Below are positions 49,190 to 61,584 of a DNA stretch of 64,000 bases, piece after piece; within the stretch, counting starts at the first letter, position 1, and each line of letters begins with the position of its first letter. Both the position numbers and the translations under genes were made by a program. The notes beneath the pieces are model-generated. The model was not told where the DNA came from. It saw only the letters and a list, made by a program, of their open reading frames with translations, and searched no databases. The stretch is from Pholidichthys leucotaenia (Eukaryota): positions 157,187,922-157,251,921 of the forward strand of contig CM035843.1 in NCBI GenBank assembly GCA_020510985.1, given 5' to 3'.

Positions 49190-50770
49190 GTACAGTGGGG
49201 CAAAAAAGTATTTAGTCGGCCACCAATTGTGCAAGTTCTCCCACTTAAAAGATGAGAGAGATCTCCAATTTTCATCATAGGTATACCTCAACTATGAGAG
49301 ACAAAATGAGAAAAAAAAAATCCAGAAAATCACATTGAAGGATTTTTAATGAATTAATTGGTAAATTCCTCAGTAAAATAAGTATTTGGTCACCTACAAA
49401 CAAGCAAGATTTCTGGCTCTCACAGACCTGTAACTACTTCTTTAAGAGGCTCCTCTGTCCTCCACTCGTTGCCTGTATTAATGGCACCTGTTTGAACTCG
49501 TTATCAGTATAAAAGACACCTGTCCACAACCTCAAACAGTCAGACTCTAAACTCCACTATGGCCAAGACCAAAGAGCTGTCAAAGGACACCAGAAACAAA
49601 ATTGTAGACCTGCACCAGGCTGGGAAGACTGAATCTGCAATAGGTAAGCAGCTTGGTGTGAAGAAATCAACTGTGGGAGCAATTATTAGAAAATGGAAGA
49701 CATACAAGACCATTGATAATGTCCCTCCATCTGGGGCTCCACGCAAGATCTCACCCCGTGGGGTCAAAATTATCACGGGAACGGTGAACAAAAATCCCAG
49801 AACCACATGGGGGGACCTAGTGAATGACCTGCAGAGAGCTGGGACCAAAGTAACAAAGGCTACATCAGAAACACACTACACCGCCAGGGACTCAAATCGT
49901 GCAGTGCCAGACGTGTCCCCCTGCTTAAGCCAGTACATGTCCAGGCGTGTCTGAAGTTTGCTAGAGAGCATTTGGATGATCCAGAAGAGGATTGGGAGAA
50001 TGTCATATGGTCAGATGAAACCATAATAGAACTTTGTGTTAAAAACTCAACTTGTCATGTTTGGAGGAGAAAGAGCACCATACCTACTATGAAGCATGGG
50101 GGTGGAAACATCATACTTTGGGACTGTTTTTCTGCAAAGGGACCAGGACGACTGATCCGTGTAAAGGAAAGAATGAATGGGGCCATGTATCGTGAGATTT
50201 TGAGTGAAAACCTCCTTCCACCAGCAAGGGCATTGAAGATGAAACGTGGCTGGGTCTTTCAGCATGACAATGATCCCAAACATACCACCCGGGCAACGAA
50301 GGAGTGGCTTCGTAAGAAGCATTTGAAGGTCCTGGAGTGGCCTAGCCAGTCTCCAGATCTCAACCCCATAGAAAATCTTTGGAGGGAGTTGAAAGTCTGT
50401 GTTGCCCAGCGACAGCCCCAAAACATCACTGCTCTAGAGGAGATCTGCATGGAGGAATGGGCCAAAATACCAGCAACAGTGTGTGAAAACATACAGAAAA
50501 CATTTGACCTCTGTCATTGCCAACAAAGGGTATATAACAAAGTATTGAGATGAAGTTTTTTTATTGACCAAATACTTATTTTACCGAGGAATTTACCAAT
50601 TAATTCATTAAAAATCCTTCAATGTGATTTTCTGGATTTTTTTTTTCCTATTTTGTCTCTCATAGTTGAGGTATACCTATGATGAAAATTGGAGACCTCT
50701 CTCATCTTTTAAGTGGGAGAACTTGCACAATTGGTGGCTGACTAAATACTTTTTTACCCCACTGTATATA
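49190..50770 (+). mobile_element. Tc1-like DNA transposon, copy A. Transposase ORFs 49559-49954 and 49972-50553 (one frameshift). TIRs of about 210 bp.
   Basis: TIR TACAGTGGGGCAAAAAAGTATTTAGTCGGCCACCAATTGTGCAAGTTCTCCCACTTAAAAGATGAGAG... at 49190-49400 and the reverse complement at 50560-50770. TA flanks both ends. Confidence 0.9.
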
Positions 50771-51171
50771 ACTCCACAATAAATGGTCAGGACGCTTGCC
50801 AAAAAAATACAGGATAAGATCCCAGTAGGTTCTACGAAATATCAAAGACTGATCCCGATCCTGCAAAAAATCCAGATACTGTGATCCAGAACAGGAAATA
50901 ATAGGGGATCTTTGGGATTTTCATCACTGTAAGGTAACAAATTAAGATATAAACATACAACAAACACCACAATATAGCCAAGACAATGAGGAATCTGTAG
51001 TGTGCCAATGGATTTGTTGTATCATCAAAAGCTATGGAGCTACTGTATATCCAGAAGAAAACCGCCATTACCGAAAAAGTGATTTTTCTTAATAACTACT
51101 GAACTAATAAAGATATCAATGTGAATCCAATTGCTAAAGGTATGTTTTGATGGTCAAGGAATCTGAAAATA

Positions 51172-52755
51172 TACAGTGGGGCAAAAAAGTATTTAGTCAG
51201 TCACCAATTGTGCAAGTTCTCCCACTTAAAAGATGAGAGAGGTCTCCAATTTTCATCATCGGTATACCTCAACTATGAGAGACAAAATGAGAAAAAAAAA
51301 TCCAGAAAATCACATTGAAGGATTTTTAATGAATTAATTGGTAAATTCCTCGGTAAAATAAGTATTTGGTCAATAACAAAAGTTCATCTCAGTACTTTGT
51401 TATATACCCTTTGTTGGCAATGACAGAGGTCAAACATTTTCTGTAAGTCTTCACAAGGTTTCACACACTGTTGCTGGTATTTTGGCCCATTCCTCTATGC
51501 AGATCTCCTCTAGAGCATTGATGTTTTGGGGCTGTCACTGGGCAACACGGACTTTCAACTCCCTCCAAAGATTTTCTATGGGGTTGAGATCTGGAGACTG
51601 GCTAGGCCACTCCAGGACCTTGAAATACTTCTTACAAAGCCACTCCTTCGTTGCCCGGGCAGTGTGTTTGGGATCATTGTCATGCTGAAAGACCCAGCCA
51701 CGTTTCATCTTCAATGCCTTTGCTGATGGAAGGAGGTTTTCACTCAAAATCTCACGATACATGGCCCCATTCATTCTTTCCTTTACACGGATCAGTCGTC
51801 CTGGTCCCTTTGCAGAAAAACAGCCCCAAAGTATGATGTTTCCACACCCATGCTTCACATGTGTGTGGAAAGGTGTTCCTTTTCCTCCAAACACGACAAG
51901 TTGATTTTTTACCAAAAAGTTCTATTTTGGTTTCATCTGACCATATGACATTCTCCCAATCCTCTTCTGGATCATCCAAATGCTCTCTAGCAAACTTCAG
52001 ACAGGCCTGGTCATGTACTGGCTTAAGCAGGGGGACACGTCTGGAACTGCAGGATTTGAGTCCCTGGCGGCGTAGTGTGTTACTGATGTAGCCTTTGTTA
52101 CTTTGGTCCCAGCTCTCTGCAGGTCATTCACTAGGTCCCCCCATGTGGTTCTGGGATTTTTGCTCACCGTTCTCGTGATCATTTTGACCCCACGGGGTGA
52201 GATCTTGCGTGGAGCCCCAGATCGAGGGAGATTATCAGTAGTTTTGTATGTCTTCCATTTTCTAATAATTGCTCCCACAGTTGATTTCTTCACACCAAGC
52301 TGCTTACCTATTGCAGATTCAGTCTTCCCAGCCTGGTGCAGGTCTACAATTTTGTTTCTGGTGTCCTTTGACAGGTCGTTGGTCTTGGCCATAGTGGAGT
52401 TTGGAGTCTGACTGTTTGAGGTTGGACAGGTGTCTTTTATACTGATAACGAGTTCAAGCAGGTGCCATTAATACAGGTAACGAGTGGAGGACAGAGGAGC
52501 CTCTTAAAGAAGAAGTTACAGGTCTGTGAGAACCAGAAATCTTGCTTGTTTGTAGGTGACCAAATACTTATTTTACTGAGGAATTTACCAATTTTCATTA
52601 AAAATCCTTCAATGTGATTTTCTGGATTTTTTTTCTCATTTTGTCTGTCATAGTTGAGGTATACCTATGATGAAAATTGGAGACCTCTCTCATCTTTTAA
52701 GTGGGAGAACTTGCACAATTGGTGGCTGACTAAATACTTTTTTACCCCACTGTAG
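51172..52755 (-). mobile_element. Tc1-like DNA transposon, copy B. Same family as copy A and about 97% identical, but on the opposite strand. Its 3' end faces copy A across a 400-bp spacer.
   Basis: Transposase ORFs 51997-52392, 51752-51979 and 51535-51915 on the minus strand. The TIRs are identical in type to copy A. The frameshift position is shared with copy A. Confidence 0.9.
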
Positions 52756-52839
52756 ATAAAATAAATGTAGGACTATTATATTTGGGGAAAATCCCAATAT
52801 TGGGGGGAACTGAGGTATTTGGCAGAGGTCTGCGCTCTC

Positions 52840-52910
52840 CGAGCACTTTTCTAGTTCGCGACCCAAAAAAGATTAAGCGGAAGAAGATGGATGGATGGAT
52901 GGATGGTCTG
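52840..52910 (+). mobile_element. SINE 3'-tail fragment (...GATTAAGCGGAAGAAGATGGATGGATGGATGG).
   Basis: Matches the tails of the SINEs at 19266 and 53770, in the opposite orientation. Confidence 0.5.
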
Positions 52911-53769
52911 CTTGAGTTGATGCCCATTATCACTGTCTCTAAACCATCTACAAGTTTGTTGGATCCCATTCCTACAAGACTGTTTAAGGATATTCTGCCC
53001 CTTATTAACACCGCTGTACTTGATCTGATTAATCTTTCTCTACTAACTGGTTATGTACCTCATGCCTTTAAGTTGGCCATAATTAAACCATTGCTTAAAA
53101 AGTCTACTCTTGATCCCGATGTTTGAGCTAATTATAGGACCAAAGTTACAAATGACCTCCTTATTGCCTCTGACAATGGACTTGTCTCTGTGCTCATCCT
53201 GTTAGATCTGAGTGCTGCATTTGACACCATCGACCATACAGTTTTGCTACATAGACTTGGAACACATCATTGGGATCAAGGGAGCTTTTTTGGCCTGGTT
53301 TAAATCATTTCTCAGATAGATTCCAGTTTGTACATGTAAATATACAAATTTCTCAACTTAGTTATTGTGTTCCTCAGGGTTCTGGTCTTGGACCAGTTTT
53401 GTTTACCTTAAATATATACTTCCACTGGGCACTATTATCAGAAAACATTATATGAATTTTCACTGCTATGCCAGTAACACACAGATCTATTTAGCCATGG
53501 ACACTAAATACACTCATCAGTTAGTGAAATTACAGGCATGCCTTGAAGGCATAAAGGCCTGGATGACTGGTAACTTCCTTATGCTAAATTCAAGCGAAAC
53601 TAAGGTAATTGTTTTCGGCCCTAAAAAAGTCAAAGATTCCCTGTCTAACCATATAGTTACACTGGATGGCTTTACTTGGCATCCAGTACTACTGTGAGGA
53701 ATCTTGGAGTAATTTTTGACCACGACTTGTCTTTTAATTCACACATAAAACAGATGTATAGAGCTGCTT

Positions 53770-53890
53770 TCTTTCATCCATCGCCATCTTCTTCCGCTTA
53801 ATCCTTTTCGGGTCGCGGGGGGGCTGGAGCCTATCCCAGCATCTTAAGGCGAGAGGCAGGGTACACCCTGGACAGATCGCCAGTCCATCT
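53770..53890 (-). mobile_element. SINE 3'-half fragment inserted in the old L2 RT region.
   Basis: CCATCTTCTTCCGCTTAATCCTTTTCGGGTCGCGGGGGGGCTGGAGCCTATCCCAGCATCTTAAGGCGAGAGGCAGGGTACACCCTGGACAGATCGCCAGTCCATC. Confidence 0.7.
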
Positions 53891-56800
53891 GCGCAATATT
53901 GCAGAAATCAGGAGCATCCTGTCTCAAACTGGCGCTGAAAAATTGGTCCATGTATTTGTTGCATCTAGGCTAGACTACTGCAATGCACTGTTGGCTGGAT
54001 GTCCAAACAATTCCCTCAAAATTCTTCAATGGATTCAAAATGCTGCTGCCAGAGTACTGACAGGTGCTACCAAGAGGTCACATTTCTCCTATCCTATCAT
54101 CTCTACATTGGCTCCCCATTAAATCTAGAATAGAATTTAACCTCTTGCACTCCGGGATACCGCGGGCGGTCACGTCTCTGCATTCTAGTGCGTCCTCGTG
54201 CATCTCAGTGCGCACTGAAAAAAAAAAAAGGCAGCATTTCCGTTCTTCCACTACAGACACAGCCGCGAACAGAAAGCCAATGGAGTGCTTTGATTGGTTT
54301 AGATTTGATTGACCTCTCATTTGACTAATAAGAGCCTTGAATTGGGTTTCTGAAACCTTGAAGAACAAATGACTGAAAACCTAGCAAGAAGGACCCGCCT
54401 ACCAACGACTGCGAATACAATGAGCCAATTGAAGCAGAGAAGTTCGACGATTGAAAGTGTGCGCCCCGTGCATAAAATCTGTTTTGTGTAAGCTGCTGTG
54501 TGTAATGGTAGCGTTTGCCAGCCTTTTTTTATTACTACTGTTCTTATTTGTTTTGAAAAATCGTTCGCCAAAACCGCAATCAATCATGGAAGCGCAAAAC
54601 CGCAATCATGGAATCATGGTTTGACCGGGTCGCGTGACCAGAACCACGAGTCGTAACAAGCGGACCAGCGTCATGTTCGTCTGACAATGAGGAACAGATG
54701 TTCGCCAGCGACACTGCTGTTGTGGACAGGTAAGTGTTATAAGCTAAATTATTCTTTATCCCTGAAAATAGTAATAAAAATGACTTTTGACCGATCGGTA
54801 AATTACAACTGTGCGTCATCGCCACATGATGGACCGCGGCACACGGTCCAGTCCGTGCTTCTCTGTAGCGGGGGGGGGGGGGAGTTGTTATCCTCTTCAT
54901 TGCAGATATTTTAGTATAATTTTTATTGCACTGTAGGTTATTTTTTCTTGTAAAAAAAGGCCACACATTTTTTACGTGGCATGCTTCTTTGTGTGTGGGG
55001 AGGCTTGTTTGTTCATTCATTCATTCATGAATGAATAAACAACCTCCCACACACACACACACACAGCCCTGAGTGTCACCTTTCATTAGAGCCCAAGATG
55101 AAGCTTCTATATTGAATCATTCAAAAGTTATAGACGTTTTTCCAAACTGTGCCATTTGGCACAATTTGGCACAGTTCAAAAATGCCTGGGAACAACCTGA
55201 GAAGAAAGCTGTGTAATATATTCATTTTTTGTGGTATTGTTACAAAATTTTGACCTCAGCTGGACAACACTTGGTTCTACATTTCTGTTGCATTTTCCAG
55301 CCAGTATCTGACAGCTGTGTGTTATTTGCAAGCATTTGTATCTAAAAAAAAAACACCCAAGCAAACTTTATTTTCTTCAAGTTCAGTATGTTTAGATGAC
55401 TGTTACTCAGTGGCAGGAGCACTTAGAGAGATTATGACTGTTTTGCCAAAAAATTCAAAGTGTTTTCTTTTAAATGAGACCAACCCCATGAAGATGCTGC
55501 AAAGGGTTGAAGAACAGCTTTTGATTTACTTTGGGTATGTTATTTTTAGGTGTTTTTAGGGAAATTGACCAGAGTGCAACTGGTTAAAATCCTCCTCATT
55601 ACTTATAAAGCCCTCAGCATCCAAGCCCCTTCTGACCTTAAAGACCTTATTTTTCCATATTACCCTTCAAGACCTTTTCGCTCTCAGAATGCAGGCTTAG
55701 TTGTGGTTCCCAGATTTTTCAAAAGTAAATTTGGAGGCAGAGCCTTCAGTTATCAGACCACTCTCCTATGGAACCAGCTCCCTGCCTGGGTACGGGATGC
55801 TGATACTATCTCTTCTTTTAAAATCAAGTTTCAACTTTTCTTTTTGATCGAGCTTACAATTAGCTTTATTGTTATTATTAGTTATGTTGTTATTGTTATT
55901 TTCACTGATTTCCAAGTCGTGGTATTTTGACTCTGACTTTGACTGTTTTATTGTGATTTTATTATCTTATAGTTGTTTTAATCAGTTCCTTTCTTCATAT
56001 TTTTGAATATTTTAACCTCTTACCTTTTTTGTGTTTTTATGTGTTTCTGTTTGACTATGGTTCTGTGAAGCACCTTGGGTTGCATGTGTCCTTGAGAGGT
56101 GCTATATGAATAAAGTGAACTGAACTGAAGGACAATGGCAAGTTTTTAAGATGGAGTGTGGAGCACTGTGAATGGGTGCACCTGTGTGTAATACGGTGAA
56201 ACTGGGGGCAAGTGTATGCAGTATGAAAGAAGTGGTCATGTATGAGCTACTAAAATGCAGATAAAATGGAGGGGGGCACCCCACTGCATCGGGCAGCATA
56301 GGTTCCTTCCACATCCAACCCAAACCCTCACTGTCTACAACGCAATTAAGAGAGGACCCCTCCTCACGGACTCCCCACGCCACAACCCTAAATATATGAG
56401 ATGGGATGTGTAGTCCACCTAGCACAGCCAGCTCTGTAAACTGGGTCCAGAACCCATCCCCACTCCCTAAATCCTGGCCAAGGATGAAGGGCACCAGGGC
56501 CCGCCGCTGCCACATCCCAGAGCACTGCCAGCACCATGGGGCAGTGACCATCCTTCCCAGCCCCAGGGCACTAGATGTGCAGGCCCACCCAAGACCCTGC
56601 CAGTCCCCATTTCCCCAGCAGTCAAACTCCCAGACATAACGACGCGCTCACCCATACAGATACACACAATCATACCTGGTCTACCCCAGAACACGCCCAG
56701 GGAGGAACGGGCCCAGCCTGGTTAAGAACAGACCTTTTTTTCTTTTTTCCCCTCCTATCTTGAATGGTGGAAGCTGTTGTGTGACATGCCTGAATCAGTG

Positions 56801-56927
56801 CAGTTCAGGCCCTGTTGGGTGTCATTTAGGTGTAACAGCTGTGCTGTCAAAGGTGTAGTAATATGGCAGAAATTATTTTAACAATAGAGCATCACCCAGG
56901 TCTGACATTCTTCCCTCCTCCTGACAG

Positions 56928-57115
56928 AGGGCCTGTCCAGTAGGGGGCAGCACTGAGCTGTGGCGGCCCCTGAGAGCCCTCAGCCTGCTCCCTCCGTCCC
57001 GGGGCATCAGGAACCTGCTGCTGCTGTCGGATGGACACATCCACAATGCCGAGCTGACCCTGAAGCTGGTTAGAGACAACGCCCAGCACAGCCGCCTCTT
57101 CACCTGTGGCCTCAG
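56928..57115 (+). CDS. PARP4: PARP4 exon (vWA). Encodes RACPVGGSTELWRPLRALSLLPPSRGIRNLLLLSDGHIHNAELTLKLVRDNAQHSRLFTCGL.
   Basis: Acceptor cctgacag ends at 56927 after a pyrimidine tract, donor gtctga at 57116. Matches human SATPTMGNTDFWKTLRYLSLLYPARGSRNILLVSDGHLQDESLTLQLVKRSRPHTRLFACGI. The preceding intron is about 20.7 kb and consists of LINE, Tc1 and SINE insertions. Confidence 0.8.
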
Positions 57116-57203
57116 GTCTGATGAGCCCAGCGGTACCAAGATTAATCGACATGTTTATTATCGGACCAGACGCCGTAAATGTGCCTGTGTTTTCACATTT
57201 CAG

Positions 57204-57303
57204 CTCAACAGCCAACAGACACATGCTGAGGACCCTGGCCCAGGCAGGGGGCGGATCCTACGCCTTCTTTGACAGGAAAACCAAACACAACTGGGCCGAG
57301 AAG
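57204..57303 (+). CDS. PARP4: PARP4 exon. Encodes (S)TANRHMLRTLAQAGGGSYAFFDRKTKHNWAEK.
   Basis: Acceptor catttcag ends at 57203, donor gtaaat at 57304. Matches human GSTANRHVLRILSQCGAGVFEYFNAKSKHSWRKQ. Confidence 0.85.
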
Positions 57304-57375
57304 GTAAATAATCACATAATCAGTTTTCTGCAGTGAAATGAAAGTTGTAGGAGTTATTAATCGTTTGTGTTGCAG

Positions 57376-57546
57376 GTGGCCTCTCAGGTGAAGCGTATGG
57401 CATCTCCCGGCTGCAGCTCGGTGTCGGTGAAGTGGCAGCAGTTCAGCCAGATGGCCCCCCCTCCCATCCAGGCCCCCAAGCAGCTGCACGCCCTGTTCAA
57501 CGACTTCCACACCCTGGTGTACGGCTTCGTGCCTCACTGCACTCAG
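57376..57546 (+). CDS. PARP4: PARP4 exon. Encodes VASQVKRMASPGCSSVSVKWQQFSQMAPPPIQAPKQLHALFNDFHTLVYGFVPHCTQ.
   Basis: Acceptor ttgcag ends at 57375, donor gtaaac at 57547. Matches human LCSPSCHSVSVKWQQLNPDVPEALQAPAQVPSLFLNDRLLVYGFIPHCTQ. Confidence 0.9.
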
Positions 57547-58189
57547 GTAAACGACCGGATATTTGTGTTTATGTTGGATACTCCCCAACAGCACACATAC
57601 ACCGCTGCAACATCAGCCCAACATACCAGTTTACATCGGCAATACAGCTTATAGGGGTGTTTTCCCCTTGGCAAGACAGTATGCCTTTTTACACCAGTCC
57701 ACCTTTTTAAGTCACACTGGCAGCCTCAACCCCTCCATGGATTGCTGCCATATCATGGGGGAGGAGTTTGTGTGCCGTAATGATTCTGGGAGCTGTGTTG
57801 TCAGGGGCAGTTTGCTCCTGGTCGGGTCTCCCAACGTAAGATTGATCCGGAGTGAAGAGCCAGACCAAGAGAGCGGTCCAGCTGACCCCCAGCTGCAACA
57901 AGGATCCAGTCTACCCCACCCAATTAGGGATTACCGAGGCTCAAGGGCAAGAGCTTTGTGACCCAGTGAGCCACATGGGTCCGACCTTCAGTGGACTCAC
58001 TACCTGCAGGAGGGATCATCGGGATTATAGGGCTATGTGAACTAGCCCACAGTCTGGGCTACTCTGCTTAGACTGCTGTCCCTGCGACCTGGCCCCCGAT
58101 TAAGAGGTAGAAGATGGATGGATGCCAACCTCTAGCCTCTATAAATACTACATATGACGTTGTAATGCAGTCGTCATCACACATAGGGT

Positions 58190-58330
58190 GCTGTCTGGGA
58201 AATTTTTGATGCAAATTTGTGATGAAAGTTTTAAATTTACAATGGCGGAAAGTTTGAAATTTACCAACCTGGGGAAAAAGTCACAAATTGACGAGATGGA
58301 AAAAGTGGCAAACTTAAGAGGAAGGAAAGA
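58190..58330 (+). repeat. Short 23-bp VNTR block flanked by direct repeats of about 90 bp (58110-58200 and 58330-58430).
   Basis: GATGGATGGATGCCAACCTCTAGCCTCTATAAATACTACA...GGGTGCTGTCTGGGAAA is present on both sides. Confidence 0.7.
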
Positions 58331-58672
58331 TGGATCAATGAATGGATTCCAACCTCTAGCCTCTATAAATACTACACAGGACATTAAGTAACGCCGTCAT
58401 CATCACACGTAGGGTGCTGTCTGGGAAAGGGACCAACTGTATGGAAGTTCCAGCCGATTCAAAACGTTGCCATGACGTGTAGTTACATTTCTGAAGAGGT
58501 GCCCATCAGGTCACCATGAGCAGCCTAGCTGAGCCCTGACGGGGCAGAGGTTATCGCTACTGTAGCATCATCAGGATTAAACGCTGCATCACCAGGTGTT
58601 GCTGCTGGTAGATCAATATGGACCTGAATCTTCATATTTAAAGTGTGTTTTGTTTTTTTACATGTTATACAG

Positions 58673-58753
58673 GCCACCCTGCATGGAAACCTGAGCGGGC
58701 AGCAGCTCAGCACCATGGTGTCCACCAGTGAGCTGCAGAAGACTAAAGGAACA
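58673..58753 (+). CDS. PARP4: PARP4 exon. Encodes ATLHGNLSGQQLSTMVSTSELQKTKGT.
   Basis: Acceptor tatacag ends at 58672, donor gtaaga at 58754. Matches human ATLCALIQEKEFRTMVSTTELQKTTGT. Confidence 0.85.
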
Positions 58754-58849
58754 GTAAGAACATGGACATCTTCACAGCACGCCAGATCTAAACTTGTTTC
58801 ATGGCTCGTCTGATGTAACAAAATGTTGATGGGGTTTTTTTTGGCTCAG

Positions 58850-58930
58850 TTTCTCCACAAGCTCACAGCGAGGGCCCTGATCAGGGACTACGAGGACGGA
58901 AGCCTGGATCCCAGCGAGGCTGAGCACGAG
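58850..58930 (+). CDS. PARP4: PARP4 exon. Encodes FLHKLTARALIRDYEDGSLDPSEAEHE.
   Basis: Acceptor gctcag ends at 58849, donor gtattt at 58931. Matches human MIHKLAARALIRDYEDGILHENETSHE. Confidence 0.85.
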
Positions 58931-59019
58931 GTATTTTTGTCACCGAGACCCAACAGTCGTTCATGTTGTTTTAAACGCTGAGTCAGCGCTTTTCCCCGTT
59001 TTGTGTTTTGATGTTTCAG

Positions 59020-59115
59020 GGTAAGAAAGCCGAGCTGAAGTTGTTCATCACTGAGCTGAGCAAAGAGTACTCCATCCTCTCTCAGTTCACAAGCTTCGTG
59101 GCCATTGAGGAAAGG
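59020..59115 (+). CDS. PARP4: PARP4 exon. Encodes GKKAELKLFITELSKEYSILSQFTSFVAIEER.
   Basis: Acceptor gtttcag ends at 59019, donor gtctgt at 59116. Matches human MKKQTLKSLIIKLSKENSLITQFTSFVAVEKR. Confidence 0.85.
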
Positions 59116-59149
59116 GTCTGTGCCGTTTTCTAGTTGATTTCCAAGTTTG

Positions 59150-59620
59150 TGCTCATTGCAAGAAATATCATACTCTCACAAATTTAGCATAAGGTAGAAA
59201 TATATAAATGTAAATTAGGTACAAATTTGCAAGAATAAAGGTGCAAAGATGTGATAAAAGATGTCATTTTAAGTTATTTTACAAGAAGAAATTGTATTTT
59301 GATGAGGAAAAAAGTTGCAAATTTGAGAAAAAAGTAGTAAATTTAGAAGAAAAAAGTTGCAATTTTATGAGAAAAAAGTTGCAAATTTGCAAGAAAAAAT
59401 TGCTATTTCAGGAAAAAGTTGCAAATTTGAGAAAGTTGCAATTTTCTGAGGGGAAAAAGCTGCAAGTTTACAAGAAAAAAAGTTGCAAATTTAGAAAAAG
59501 TGGCAAATGTACAAGAAAAAATTGCAATTTGACAAGGAGAAAAGTAGCAAATTTGACAAAAAAGTTTCATTTTTCTGAGAAAAAAAAAAGCTGCAAATTT
59601 ACCAGAAAAAAATAATTCAT
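59150..59620 (+). repeat. Composite element copy. Head at 59170-59290, then a VNTR array at 59290-59620.
   Basis: Head CTCACAAATTTAGCATAAGGTAGAAATATATAAATGTAAATTAGGTACAAATTTGCAAGAATAAAGGTGCAAAG, followed by GTTGCAAATTT units. Confidence 0.75.
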
Positions 59621-59960
59621 AAGGCAAAACAAGTAAGTAATTTGGGAGTATGTTTCATTTGGTGTAAATTTAAATGCTGAAAAACAAGATCTACTCTTTT
59701 TTTAAGTTGAGCCAGCTGGGGAGGCCGACACCACCTCAGGGAGTGACATTTTTGAAGCATTTATGAAAAAAAGTTGCTAATTTCCTATTTTTTTCTGTCG
59801 TGAATTGTAAACTTTTTTCTACCTGTGTATTAGATATTTGTTTGTAAAATTTAAGTTACAATGATTTTTAAATTGGAGAAAAGAGGATAATAAAAATTAT
59901 CTTTTTTTTTAGGCCTTCATTAGACTTTAATCTGACAGAATTTAATGAATCTTTCTTCAG

Positions 59961-60152
59961 GACTCGGAGGGAGAAGTTGAGGGCTTCACAGACGTCCCCA
60001 AGTTGATATCAGAGGAAGACGTGGACTTCCTCCCCTACATCAGCTGGGCAGCTCCTCAGGATGAAACTCTTGAATTTGACCACATTGACGATGACGAAGA
60101 TTGGAGTGATGAAGAAGAAGTCACCATCATCTCTCCAAAATATGAACCCACG
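59961..60152 (+). CDS. PARP4: PARP4 exon. Encodes DSEGEVEGFTDVPKLISEEDVDFLPYISWAAPQDETLEFDHIDDDEDWSDEEEVTIISPKYEPT.
   Basis: Acceptor tcttcag ends at 59960, donor gtgagt at 60153. Matches human DENESPFPDIPKVSELIAKEDVDFLPYMSWQGEPQEA. The rest of the gene continues beyond the window. Confidence 0.8.
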
Positions 60153-60594
60153 GTGAGTCTGATTGGAGTTCTGCACTTTGAAAGTAAAATTGAACTCAGC
60201 AAATATTTGATTAATAGATTCTCCCTATTTTCATACTGCGCACAGAACACAAAGTTTAGTGTGGTGTAAATTTAATTCTGCTTTTTAAAATGTTATAATT
60301 TGTGCACATTAATTAATTTTTCAACAGAAAAAAATAAACTGTTATATAGAATAAAAATATGTAACCAGTTTATATGACTGTTAATTTTTTGGGGGGGGGA
60401 AAAGTCAAACATTTATAAGAAAAAGTTGCAAATTGATCGTAGAAGAAGATTCCAAATTTACAGAAAAACACAAATATGAGAAAAATGGGAATGGGGATTT
60501 CAGGGGATCGTCACTTCCTTGTGGTAACGTATCGTCACTTCCTGTTTTGCTGTCTGCCTGTGTGGTTTGCTCTCCAGCTCTCTAGCCACTAGCT

Positions 60595-61473
60595 ATGGCT
60601 ACTACCTCTCTTTCCTCTCCTCTGGTGTGCTCTCTCTGTCAGATGTTTAGCTACACCTCTGCCTCTTTTAGTGATAACGGTAAATGTAATAAATGTTGTC
60701 TTTTTGAGGCGCTCGAGGCGAGGTTGTCTGATTTGGAATCCCGGCTCCGCTGCATTGAAACACCGTCTGCGCCAGTTAATCTCGACGGACGCCCATTAGC
60801 TGCAGCGGAGCTAGCTAGCTTAGGCCCCCCTGTCAGTGGTTCCCCGGCTCTCCTCAGCAGCGAGGAGACTGGGTGGGTGACGGTGAGAAGGAAGCCTAGT
60901 CGCAAAGCCCCGGTACACCACCAACCTGTTCACGTTTCTAATCGTTTTTCCCCGCTCAGCGACACACCCACTGAGGAAAAAACTCTGATCATTGGCGACT
61001 CTGTAGTCAGAAACGTGAACCTAGAGACTCCAGCGGTCATAGTCCAATGTATTCCTGGGGCCAGAGCAGGCGACATCGAGTCAAATTTGAAAATGCTGGC
61101 TAAAAGTAACTGTAAATATTCCACAATTGTTATTCACGCCGGCATTAATGGCATCCGTCTCCGGCAGTCGGAAGTCACGAAACTTAATATAGAATCGGTG
61201 TGTGACTTTGCAAAAACGATGTCTGCCACTGTAGTATTCTCTGGGCCCCTCCCCAATCTGACCAGTGATGACATGTTTAGTCGCTCGTCATCCTTGAACC
61301 GCTGGCTGTCTGTGTGGTGTCCTAAAAATGACGTGGGCTACATTGACAATTGGAGCTCTTTTTGGGGAAAACCTGGTCTTATGAGACGAGACAGCATTCA
61401 TCCCACTTTGGATGGTGCTTCTCATTTATCTAACAATCTGGCATCTTTTTTATCCAAATTTCCAAAACCATAA
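60595..61473 (+). CDS. L2 ORF1 (zinc knuckle, coiled coil and SGNH esterase), 292 aa.
   Basis: Differs from the 44474-45352 copy at only about 6 residues. Confidence 0.8.
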   Translation: MATTSLSSPLVCSLCQMFSYTSASFSDNGKCNKCCLFEALEARLSDLESRLRCIETPSAPVNLDGRPLAAAELASLGPPVSGSPALLSSEETGWVTVRRKPSRKAPVHHQPVHVSNRFSPLSDTPTEEKTLIIGDSVVRNVNLETPAVIVQCIPGARAGDIESNLKMLAKSNCKYSTIVIHAGINGIRLRQSEVTKLNIESVCDFAKTMSATVVFSGPLPNLTSDDMFSRSSSLNRWLSVWCPKNDVGYIDNWSSFWGKPGLMRRDSIHPTLDGASHLSNNLASFLSKFPKP

Positions 61474-61584
61474 CTACTCAGAGTTGGGACCAGGAAGCAG
61501 AGTCTCAGTCTTACACGCCTCTCTGCAGCTCCTCTTCATCCGCCACCCCTCAGCTTAGCCCCTGTCTTCCCCATCAGAGAATCG

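Noticed and set aside
56110-56900. An 800-bp stretch upstream of the PARP4 exon at 56928 with ORFs of 149, 77 and 75 aa (P/G/H-rich).
   Set aside because: No domain similarity and no splice-phase compatibility with the neighbouring exons. It is probably old, unclassified repeat or intron sequence. It could not be assigned to a family by eye.
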